A stretch of 43,167 nucleotides of DNA from Candidatus Dormiibacterota bacterium (GTDB lineage: Bacteria; Chloroflexota; Dormibacteria; Dormibacterales; Dormibacteraceae), in assembly GCA_036512415.1 (NCBI GenBank), contig DATCAV010000101.1:1-43167 (forward strand), in the 5' to 3' direction. The position numbers and the translations under genes were made by a program. Shown here in pieces: positions 1-6,957 of the stretch (its first letter is position 1; each line of letters opens with the position of its first letter). The notes under the pieces are model-generated. The model worked only from the letters and a program-made list of their open reading frames with translations, searched no databases and was not told where the DNA came from.

Positions 1-230
1 AAGCCTGTGGACTCGACCTGGGCGCTGTCTCCGGTGCCGACGATGGCCGCGGTGCGGCCGTCCCGGTTCAACAGGAAAGCGCTGGGCCATGTCACCGCCG
101 CGCCGACCAGGTACCCGAGCGGGTCTGACCTGAGGCCGGTCTCTCGTGCGAACTGGACGATCCAGCATTCGAGGCCGTGCTTTTCCAGGAGGTCTGCGGC
201 CTGGCGCAGCTTGGCGCGGGTCAGGTCCAT
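1..230 (-). CDS. M24/creatinase-fold peptidase family protein, N-terminal fragment (gene continues past the left edge)
   Basis: Minus-strand translation from ATG at 230-228 reads MDLTRAKLRQAADLLEKHGLECWIVQFARETGLRSDPLGYLVGAAVTWPSAFLLNRDGRTAAIVGTGD... and stays open to the window edge. Third codon positions are GC-rich. The pattern resembles the creatinase/aminopeptidase-P N-terminal domain. It is absent from the ORF track, probably because it has no stop in the window. The listed plus-strand ORF 7-330 is Arg/Ser/Pro-rich and looks like its shadow. Confidence 0.45.
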   Translation of the reverse strand, partial: MDLTRAKLRQAADLLEKHGLECWIVQFARETGLRSDPLGYLVGAAVTWPSAFLLNRDGRTAAIVGTGDSAQVESTG

Positions 231-386
231 CGCGCCAAGTCTAAGTTTTCCCTATACCCCGACTGGTTCGCGGACGAGGATGACGCTGACCCTCCCGTCG
301 ACCCACTCGCGACGGATGATCAGGACCTAATGGCAGAGGTCTCAGCCTAACTCCTACATATAAGTAGTCGCGCGATAAACGCCTGC

Positions 387-1328
387 TTACGATTCCAGAG
401 CCACGATCTCTGCTTTCCACGGTGGCTCAGCGCCGGCGCGTGCGCATGTCAGCGCACCGGCCAGGCACGCAAACTCCAGCGCCTCCCTAAGCTCATCCGG
501 CTCGAGGGACAGATCAGGCCGGATCGCGTCGTGGTCGTGCAGCCACGCCAGCAGCCCCGCCCCGAAGGCGTCGCCGGCGCCGATGGTGTCGACGACCTCG
601 ACGTGAGGCGTTTCAACGCGAACGCGCACTTCACGGTGGGCGCCAAACGCACCGTCCGCGCCAAGCGTGACGACCACCAGGCTCCCCCCCTCGCCGAGGA
701 TGCGCTCGGCTGCCTCCTCGAACCCAAGCCCTGGATAAAGCCATGCGAGATCGGCGACGCTCGCCTTGATGATCGTGCTGTGTGAGATGGCCGTGAGCAG
801 ATGGTCGCGGTACTGGGATTCCGGAACGAGCCCGGCCCGGATGTTCGGATCGAGCATCACGAGACGCCGGCCATGCTCGCGGCGGATCAGATCGACGAGA
901 GAAGACGCCATCGGCTCCAGCACCAGGCCAAGTGTGCCGACGTGAATCGCGTTCACCTGAGGACCGAACCGCGCCGGGATCATCTCGGGAGTGAGATTCG
1001 GCGCAGAGGTTCCGTCGACGAGGAACTGATACTCGGCGGAGCCTTCGCTGTCGATGTCCGCCATCGCGATGGTGGTGGGTTCGGAGCCGATGGTCGCCAG
1101 CTCGAGGCTCGCTCCATCTAACACCAGCAAGTCCGCGAGCCGGCGTCCGAAAGCGTCATCCGAAAGCCGGCCCAAGAATGCCGTCGGCACCCCGAGCCGT
1201 GCCAGGGCGCGTGCCGTGTTGAACGGGCCGCCACCAGGGGCTGCCCGCTGCGTGCCGTCCCCATTCGAGATCATGTCGATCAACGCTTCACCGCACACGA
1301 CGATCACGATCGGCGAGCAGGATCCCAC
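387..1328 (-). CDS. PfkB-family carbohydrate kinase (fructokinase/ribokinase-like)
   Basis: N-terminal IVVCGEALIDM and C-terminal DTIGAGDAFGAGLLAWL (PfkB signature 2). The maximal ORF runs to GTG 1400, but its first 24 codons (GASKRPSPRPLSRGKEGASALSP) are a translation of palindromic repeats. GTG at 1328 gives the normal short N-terminus MGSCSPIVIVVCGEALID. Confidence 0.85.
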   Translation of the reverse strand: MGSCSPIVIVVCGEALIDMISNGDGTQRAAPGGGPFNTARALARLGVPTAFLGRLSDDAFGRRLADLLVLDGASLELATIGSEPTTIAMADIDSEGSAEYQFLVDGTSAPNLTPEMIPARFGPQVNAIHVGTLGLVLEPMASSLVDLIRREHGRRLVMLDPNIRAGLVPESQYRDHLLTAISHSTIIKASVADLAWLYPGLGFEEAAERILGEGGSLVVVTLGADGAFGAHREVRVRVETPHVEVVDTIGAGDAFGAGLLAWLHDHDAIRPDLSLEPDELREALEFACLAGALTCARAGAEPPWKAEIVALES

Positions 1329-1347
1329 AGGGGATAGGGCACTAGCA

Positions 1348-1394
1348 CCCTCTTTCCCCCGGGAGAGAGGGCGGGGAGAGGGGCGTTTGCTGGC
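1348..1394. repeat. Imperfect palindrome (1348-1371) plus degenerate copy (1376-1394) of the 1427-1458 hairpin element
   Basis: The imperfect palindrome is CCCTCTTTCCCCCGGGAGAGAGGG. GAGAGGGGCGTTTGCTGGC matches the reverse complement of the 1427-1458 hairpin except for a 6-nt deletion. Confidence 0.4.
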
Positions 1395-1426
1395 ACCCAC
1401 CGCTCATCAACAGGACTCAGTAGTTA

Positions 1427-1458
1427 GAGAGGGGCCGGCAAACGCGCCGGCCCCTCTC
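1427..1458. repeat. Perfect 13-bp stem / 6-nt loop palindromic element in a divergent intergenic region
   Basis: GAGAGGGGCCGGC-aaacgc-GCCGGCCCCTCTC read directly from the sequence. It lies between the starts of two divergent genes (1328/1400 minus strand, 1608 plus strand). Confidence 0.7.
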
Positions 1459-1607
1459 GCAGCCCAGCAGTTCCCGCTCGCCCACGTCTTCGTGCGCCGC
1501 GGCGAGCATCTGGGACACGACCCCTGAAGGCAGAGGTAAGAGCTGGGGCCCGGGGCTTCAATACCCGACCTAGACACCCTCGGGAAAGGTCGCGGTATCG
1601 TGGCCCC

Positions 1608-2501
1608 ATGAGCTATGACCCCATCAGCGCCCACGTAGACGGCGAGTCTCGACTGGAGATGATGGCTCCGCTCGCGCGGGCTTTCTCCCGCTCTGTGCCG
1701 GATCATCCCGCGGATGCGGGTCTGTTCGGACCGCAAAGCCTGGTCTGGCGGGTCAACCGAGACCGGGCTTTCCCTCTCGCCGGCATGCGCTCACTGATGG
1801 TGCAGGCGCTGCATCCGCTCGCCATGGCCGGCGTTGCTGAGCACAGCGACTGGCGCCGTGACCCCTTCGGCCGCCTGGCTGCCACGAGCGGCTACGTGCT
1901 GACCGTGACCTATGGGGACACCGCGTCCACCAACGCCGCTGCGGCTCGGGTCCGAGCTGTGCACACGCACGTCCGAGGCACCGATCCGGTGACGGGCCTG
2001 CCTTACAGCGCCGAGGACCCGGAGCTGCTGTTGTGGGTCCACGCCGGCATGGTGGATTCGATAGTCCACGTCGTGCAGCTCTACGGCCGAGGCCTCGATG
2101 CCGCCGAGGCTGATCGCTATGTGGCGGAGATGGTGCCCTTCGCCGTGATCCTCGGCGTCCCGCCCGAGCGGGTGCCCTCGAGCGTGCAGGCTCTGCGCGC
2201 ATACCTGGAGTCGGTCGGACTCCGCCAGGCCACTCCAGCAGCGCGTGAAGCCATCGCCATCGTCCTCGACCCGCCTGATCTCAGCCCCGACCTTCGAGAG
2301 CTGTGGCACGACCTCGGGCAGGTGGCGATCGGCACATTGCCGCAATGGGCGCGCGACATGTACGGCTTCGCCGAACCCACGGCGGAGTCGATGGAGCGAG
2401 AACCGGTGAGGCAGCTCATCGGCGCTGTGGATCTGATGTTCGAATCCTTGCCCGGCGTGCTCGAGGCCAGGGAGCGCATCGAGCTTCGCAGCCGCGGTTG
2501 A
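1608..2501 (+). CDS. DUF2236 / MpaB-type oxygenase family protein
   Basis: 297 aa with the family-typical stretches FGPQSLVWRVNRD, MRSLMVQALHPLAMAGV, VRAVHTHVRG and PELLLWVHA. Codon bias is coding-like. Confidence 0.75.
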   Translation: MSYDPISAHVDGESRLEMMAPLARAFSRSVPDHPADAGLFGPQSLVWRVNRDRAFPLAGMRSLMVQALHPLAMAGVAEHSDWRRDPFGRLAATSGYVLTVTYGDTASTNAAAARVRAVHTHVRGTDPVTGLPYSAEDPELLLWVHAGMVDSIVHVVQLYGRGLDAAEADRYVAEMVPFAVILGVPPERVPSSVQALRAYLESVGLRQATPAAREAIAIVLDPPDLSPDLRELWHDLGQVAIGTLPQWARDMYGFAEPTAESMEREPVRQLIGAVDLMFESLPGVLEARERIELRSRG

Positions 2502-2524
2502 GGAAGCCGGCACCACGCACGGCG

Positions 2525-3967
2525 ATGCTGCAGTCCAGGCTCGGTCGAGCCGGCGCCCTCGGCCGCCTTGCCCTCCGAGTGGGCGGCCGCTACGTCGCTC
2601 GTTCGCCTCGCCTGATCTTCGCTTCCGTCGATCGGCGCAGCGAGCTGCGCCACGACCTCGCCCTGCGGACCGCCGACGATGTCGCCGAGGAGCTGGGCTC
2701 GATGAAAGGGGTGCTGATGAAGCTCGGCCAGATGGCGAGCTACATCGACGAAGACATGCCGCTGACATTCCGCGCGGCAATGGCCAGGCTGCAGCACAAG
2801 GCGCCGCCGATGAGCGAAGACCTCGCGTCATCTGTGATCCGCGAAGAGCTGGGTGACGAACCCGAGCGTGTCTTCGCGCGCTGGGACCCCGTTCCGTTCG
2901 CGGCTGCATCGATCGGGCAGGTGCACCGCGCCATCACGCGAAACGGACGTGCGGTCGCAGTCAAGGTTCAGTATCCCGGCATCGCGCGCAGCATGACGTC
3001 CGACCTGCGCAACGTCGGTCTGCTGCGGCGGATTGCCGCGGCGGCCTTCCCCGGCCTTGACACGCGCTCGCTGGTCGATGAGCTGGGGGAGAGGCTGCAG
3101 GAGGAGGTTGACTACAACCTCGAGGCGGCGAGCCAGGAGCTTTTCGCGCGCTACTTCAAAGGGCACCCGTTCATCCACGTCCCCGAGGTGGTCAGGGAGC
3201 TGAGCACGGCAAGGGTGCTCACGAGCGAGTTGGTGGCCGGATCGCGCTTTGACGAGCTGCAGGGCTGGGACCAGCGCGAGCGGGACATGGCGGCAGAGAC
3301 CATTTACCGGTTCGTCTTCCGCAGCCTGTACAGGCTCCACGCATTCAACGGCGATCCTCACCCAGGAAACTATTTGTTCCACGGCCGGGGGCGTGTGAGC
3401 TTCCTCGATTTCGGGTTGACCAAGCGCTTCACCGATGAGGACCTCGCCCCGCTCATAGACGGCGTGCGTTTCATGGTCATCGATGGCGACGGCGACAGCT
3501 TTCGTAAGGCGATGGAACGAGCCGGCTTCCTCCAGGCCGGCGCGCCTGTGTCCACCCAGGCCGTCGTCGATCGCTTCGGCCACTTCTACGGGACTGTGAT
3601 GCGCGACGCTCCGATGACCATCACCCCGGCCTATGCGTCAGCGATCGTGAAGCGTTTCTTCGACGCCCGCAGCCCGCTGGCGCCCTACAGCGACGTCCCG
3701 CGGACCTACGCGATCCTGCAGCGCATCAACCTGGGCCTATACGCCGTGCTCGGAAGCCTCAACGCCACCGCCAACTGGAGGCGCATCGCGGAGGAGATCT
3801 GGCCGTTCATCAATGGTCCGGCCTCGACGCCGATCGGCGAAGCAGAGGCCAGGTGGTACGAGCAGCCGGGGCAGAGGGGAGCAGTGCTCGACCGCACCGC
3901 AGGGGGGTGCGCGGGAGCTGGCTCCGCCAGGCCCGCGCCTCTAGGGGGGAGTCCCCCCTCGGCCTGA
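2525..3967 (+). CDS. ABC1/UbiB (AarF)-family atypical protein kinase
   Basis: Hallmark motifs FAAASIGQVHRA, VAVKVQYPGI, LQEEVDYNLEA, HAFNGDPHPGNYLF and FLDFGL. The ORF-track start 2303 overlaps the upstream gene in another frame. In-frame ATG 2525 (MLQSRLGRAG) lies 24 nt after the upstream stop. The last ~25 codons are a translation of repeat copy A. Confidence 0.85.
   Translation: MLQSRLGRAGALGRLALRVGGRYVARSPRLIFASVDRRSELRHDLALRTADDVAEELGSMKGVLMKLGQMASYIDEDMPLTFRAAMARLQHKAPPMSEDLASSVIREELGDEPERVFARWDPVPFAAASIGQVHRAITRNGRAVAVKVQYPGIARSMTSDLRNVGLLRRIAAAAFPGLDTRSLVDELGERLQEEVDYNLEAASQELFARYFKGHPFIHVPEVVRELSTARVLTSELVAGSRFDELQGWDQRERDMAAETIYRFVFRSLYRLHAFNGDPHPGNYLFHGRGRVSFLDFGLTKRFTDEDLAPLIDGVRFMVIDGDGDSFRKAMERAGFLQAGAPVSTQAVVDRFGHFYGTVMRDAPMTITPAYASAIVKRFFDARSPLAPYSDVPRTYAILQRINLGLYAVLGSLNATANWRRIAEEIWPFINGPASTPIGEAEARWYEQPGQRGAVLDRTAGGCAGAGSARPAPLGGSPPSA
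3884..3960. repeat. GC-rich hairpin-rich repeat element, copy A (inside the 3' end of the ABC1 kinase ORF)
   Basis: Collinear with 19572-19654. Exact shared blocks: CAGGGGGGTG (3900-3909), GGCTCCGCC (3920-3928), CGCCTC (3936-3941) and GTCCCCCCTC (3951-3960). Contains the hairpins CGCACC..GGTGCG and AGGGGGG-agt-CCCCCCT. Confidence 0.6.
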
Positions 3968-4013
3968 CGAAATCTCAGTTTCTTGGCTTGGTTTCTCTAT
4001 TCGCGGGGTTCGG

Positions 4014-4775
4014 CTATGTCTTGAAGGGCTTTGGAGGCTGGAGCACCAGTCGGTAGCCCTTACCCTTCTCGTTCACCACTTCGCAGACACCATCAAACGG
4101 CGAAAGCTTCTTTCGCAGCCGCGTTACATACGTCCGGAACTGTTCGATTGAAGCGTCGGGGCCCCATGCCGGCAGAGCAACGTCCTCGGCAGCGAATAAC
4201 TGATTCGGATTGGCCAGGAAGAATGAGAGCAGCTGCCACTCGCGCTTCGTCAAGGACACAGTCGCCGTGTCCTTCCCAACCGTGCGCAGCTTGGCGTCAA
4301 AGACGAGGCCGCCCATCTCGATCTTGGTTGCGATCGAAACCACGGAGGCGGGATCGGGCCCGCGCAGCTCCGACTTGATGGCTCCGATCAGAGCGTCAGG
4401 TACGAACGGCTTGGGCAGGACCTGGCTGGCGCCGGCTTCATAAGTGTCGAGGGTTGCCGCGGCATCGTCGGATGACTCGTCGAGCAAGATGAACGGGGCC
4501 CGAGCCTCAGCCCTGAGCTCGCCCAGTTGCTTTGGCGTCACGCGGGATTCCGCGCTCATGCCGAGGATGACCAGGTCAAACCTGGTGGACCTCTCGAGCT
4601 GATGCCTCGCCGCATCAAACTCGGCCACACTCTCGAACTCACCTCCGGCGAGCTCGACGACGTGCGAGATAACGGAGCGGTAACCCGCATTTGCGTCCAC
4701 CACAAGGATCCGGGGCAAGCGGGCACGCTGCCGAAATCGAGGCTGAGTCTTGCGTTTTCCTATGGCACCCCCCAT
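4014..4775 (-). CDS. OmpR-family DNA-binding regulator with a degenerate (pseudo-)receiver domain
   Basis: The C-terminal winged helix is LTKREWQLLSFFLANPNQLF...FRTYVTRLRKKL...GKGYRLV. The N-terminal receiver fold reads RILVVDAN...FDLVILGMSAE...FILLDES...LPKPF. Aligned by eye to OmpR/CheY, the phospho-acceptor position is Gly (ILG versus VLD), the second acidic-pocket residue is Ala, and the conserved Thr/Ser is Asp. A TTG at 4718 (MPRILVVD) is an alternative start. Confidence 0.8.
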   Translation of the reverse strand: MGGAIGKRKTQPRFRQRARLPRILVVDANAGYRSVISHVVELAGGEFESVAEFDAARHQLERSTRFDLVILGMSAESRVTPKQLGELRAEARAPFILLDESSDDAAATLDTYEAGASQVLPKPFVPDALIGAIKSELRGPDPASVVSIATKIEMGGLVFDAKLRTVGKDTATVSLTKREWQLLSFFLANPNQLFAAEDVALPAWGPDASIEQFRTYVTRLRKKLSPFDGVCEVVNEKGKGYRLVLQPPKPFKT

Positions 4776-4777
4776 CT

Positions 4778-4794
4778 GCCGGCCCGCGGCCGGC
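4778..4794 (-). promoter_or_regulatory. Intercistronic hairpin directly upstream of the regulator start codon
   Basis: GCCGGCC-cgc-GGCCGGC, a 7-bp stem with a 3-nt loop, ending 2 nt before the ATG at 4775 on the minus strand. It occupies the position where a Shine-Dalgarno sequence would be expected. Confidence 0.3.
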
Positions 4795-4826
4795 GATCAA
4801 ATTATTGCCGTATTGACCTCAGGCCG

Positions 4827-5372
4827 CTAGGTGTCGATGCGGAACACAAGAGAGTAGCCGCGTCCGGGTCGGTTGACTAGATCGCAAGGAATGTCCAATT
4901 CCTTCAACAGCTTGCGAACACGCCGCACGTAGTTCCGGACCTCTTCTGGAAATAGGGAAGGTTCGCCCCAGGCTTGGCCGAGGATCTGGCTCACCGTGAA
5001 ATAGCGGTGCGGATGATCGAGCAAGAACTGCAGGAGCTGAAACTCTCGGGTGGTCAGCGTGACCTCTCCACCCTTGTACTTGATCACTCGTCCGTCCGGA
5101 TCGAGCCATAGACCGTGGAGATCCCAGACGCGCTGGTACCAGAGCTCCAGCCGTCGTTGGTAGCCCTCCATCTGGCTCTCGATGAACCTGACGTCAGCCT
5201 CCGCTGCCATCCGCGCGACAGGATGCAGTTTGATTAGATCCCGCTTGACTCGGTCGAGGATTCCCAGCTTGAACTCCAAGAGATCGGTATAGATGCTCAT
5301 CCAATGGCGGGCATCCTCCCAGTGAGTGGTTTCAATGTGCTCACCCTCCAGCGGTCGGGAAGGTGTCCTCAT
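4827..5372 (-). CDS. Receiver-less OmpR-type winged-helix DNA-binding protein with an unknown ~85-aa helical N-domain
   Basis: The C-terminal part LTTREFQLLQFLLDHPHRYFTVSQILGQAWG...VRNYVRRVRKLL...GRGYSLVF is paralogous to the neighbouring regulator. The N-terminal part (HWEDARHWMSIYTDLLEFKLGILDRVKRDL...YQRRLELWYQRVWDLHG) has no receiver motifs. Confidence 0.75.
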   Translation of the reverse strand: MRTPSRPLEGEHIETTHWEDARHWMSIYTDLLEFKLGILDRVKRDLIKLHPVARMAAEADVRFIESQMEGYQRRLELWYQRVWDLHGLWLDPDGRVIKYKGGEVTLTTREFQLLQFLLDHPHRYFTVSQILGQAWGEPSLFPEEVRNYVRRVRKLLKELDIPCDLVNRPGRGYSLVFRIDT

Positions 5373-5739
5373 AAATGCCAGCCCGACGGCTGCTTTGTGC
5401 CCCGCGTGGACTCTTGGCGCACACCCCGATCGAGGCTTTGAGGCAATGTCTCCGAAACGCGCTGCACGTTCGGAAAATGTGGCATCCAGGATTGGCCGCT
5501 GTCAGCAAAATTCCCTTATTCGCCGCATAACAAATGTTGCGGCCGCTTTCCTTACTGACTCAAGAGCAGGCCACCACGACTGCTGAAAGATCTGGGCCTT
5601 GTGGGACCGAGGCCTGCTGGGCCTTCTGTCCTGAATCCCAGGGGCCCTTCGGCTCTCGATCGAAAGTGCAGGCAGGGACAGGCTCACATCGGCGGCATGA
5701 CGCCGACTCTGTTTCTCAACCACAAGAAGGGAAAACGCT

Positions 5740-6831
5740 ATGAAAGCACTCGTCTATCACGGTCCCGGCCAGAAGTCCTGGGACACCGTTCCCAGCCCAA
5801 CCATCCAGTCGCCAACTGACGCCATCGTCAAGATCGACACCGCCACGATTTGCGGCACCGACCTGCACATCCTGAAAGGCGATGTGCCCGCGGTGAAGCC
5901 AGGCACCATCCTCGGCCACGAGGCGGTCGGCACCGTTGTCGAGACCGGTTCCGCAGTGACCAACTTTCAGATCGGCGATCACGTCTTGGTATCGTGCATC
6001 ACGGCATGCGGGAGCTGCCGGTTCTGCAAGGAGGCCCGCTACGGCCAGTGCATCGGCGGCGGTGGCTGGATTTTCGGCCACATGATCGACGGGCTCCAGG
6101 CCGAGTACGCGAGGGTTCCATTCGCTGACAACTCGCTGTACAAGATTCCGTCCGGGCTCACCGATGAGCAGGTTCTGTTCCTTTCCGACATCCTTCCGAC
6201 CTCATTCGAGGTAGGTGTGCTCAACGGCGGGGTGAAGCCAGGCGACACAGTTGCGATCGTAGGCGCAGGCCCGATCGGCCTGGCTGCGGTCATGACAGCC
6301 AAGCTGTACACGCCGGCGCACATCATCGTCATCGACCTCGACGATGGCCGGCTGGCGAAGGCGAAGGAGTTTGGTGCCGACATCACCATCAACAACGGCC
6401 ATGAGGATGCCGTCAAGCGGGTCCTCGAGCTGACCGGAGGTTTCGGAGCTGATGTAGCGGTCGAGGCCGTCGGACTGCCGTCGACCTTTGAGCTGGCTGC
6501 GGAGCTGATCCGCGCCGGCGGCAAGCTGGCCAACGTGGGCGTCCACGGCAAGGCCGCGACCCTGCATCTGGAGAAGCTCTGGATCAAGGACGTCACGATC
6601 ACGACGGGCCTGGTGGATACGCGCACCATCCCGCAGCTGCTCTCACTGATCGAGGGCGGCAGGCTCGACCCGACGGTGCTGGCCACGCACCATTTCCCGA
6701 TGGACGAGGCGATGGAGGCTTACGAAGTCTTCGGCAACGCCGCCAAGAGCCACGCGTTGAAAGTCGTTCTCGAGGGGACTGCGGTGGTCAACAAGACGAA
6801 CACGAAGGTCGGCGCCACAGCCTCGGCCTGA
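5740..6831 (+). CDS. Zinc-dependent NAD(P) alcohol dehydrogenase (MDR superfamily)
   Basis: MKALVYHGPG..., catalytic zinc motifs CGTDLH and GHEAVG, structural-zinc Cys cluster CITACGSCRFC, Rossmann motif VGAGPIGL. The RBS-like GAAGGGAAAA precedes the ATG. Confidence 0.9.
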   Translation: MKALVYHGPGQKSWDTVPSPTIQSPTDAIVKIDTATICGTDLHILKGDVPAVKPGTILGHEAVGTVVETGSAVTNFQIGDHVLVSCITACGSCRFCKEARYGQCIGGGGWIFGHMIDGLQAEYARVPFADNSLYKIPSGLTDEQVLFLSDILPTSFEVGVLNGGVKPGDTVAIVGAGPIGLAAVMTAKLYTPAHIIVIDLDDGRLAKAKEFGADITINNGHEDAVKRVLELTGGFGADVAVEAVGLPSTFELAAELIRAGGKLANVGVHGKAATLHLEKLWIKDVTITTGLVDTRTIPQLLSLIEGGRLDPTVLATHHFPMDEAMEAYEVFGNAAKSHALKVVLEGTAVVNKTNTKVGATASA

Positions 6832-6840
6832 CTTCACCCG

Positions 6841-6863
6841 GGCCGGGGCGCAGCGCCCCGGCC
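6841..6863 (+). terminator. Stem-loop terminator candidate after the alcohol dehydrogenase
   Basis: GGCCGGGGCG-cag-CGCCCCGGCC, a perfect 10-bp stem starting 10 nt after the stop codon. A T-run (CCTTTT) follows 8 nt downstream rather than immediately. Confidence 0.5.
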
Positions 6864-6957
6864 TCACCACCTCCTTTTACTCGCGGCGCGTGGCGGCTAG
6901 ACTGCAGCGGAGAAATCCCCAGGTAAGCGGCCGGCCCGGCCGGCGAAGGAAGGAGCG

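Noticed and set aside
7-330. Plus-strand ORF of 107 aa at the left edge
   Set aside because: It has an Arg/Ser/Pro-rich low-complexity translation. The opposite strand encodes a far more protein-like M24 N-terminal domain starting at ATG 230, so this ORF is its shadow.
681-696. C-run (GCTCCCCCCCTCGCC) resembling the 3' end of the 3884/19572 repeat
   Set aside because: Only the C-run matches. It encodes Gly-Gly within the kinase body on the minus strand, and none of the other repeat blocks is present.
2303-2524. N-terminal extensions of ORF-track entries: 2303 for the ABC1 kinase, 16568 for the response regulator, 23695 for ftsX, 28509 for psuK, 36305 for the LivG-like gene and 38860 for the alpha/beta hydrolase
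   Set aside because: Each extension overlaps the preceding well-supported gene in another frame and translates to Arg-rich nonsense. In every case an internal ATG, GTG or TTG at or near the upstream stop gives a family-typical N-terminus.
1791-2909. 372-aa minus-strand ORF antisense to the DUF2236 and ABC1 kinase genes. Similar long antisense or alternate-frame ORFs occur at 8548-9573, 10387-11226, 12718-13578, 20752-21693, 22294-23310, 24133-25155, 24753-26276 and 39685-40485.
   Set aside because: These are typical high-GC shadow ORFs. Their translations are Arg/Ala/Gly/Pro-rich and lack motifs. Each fully overlaps a gene with clear family signatures on the other strand or frame.
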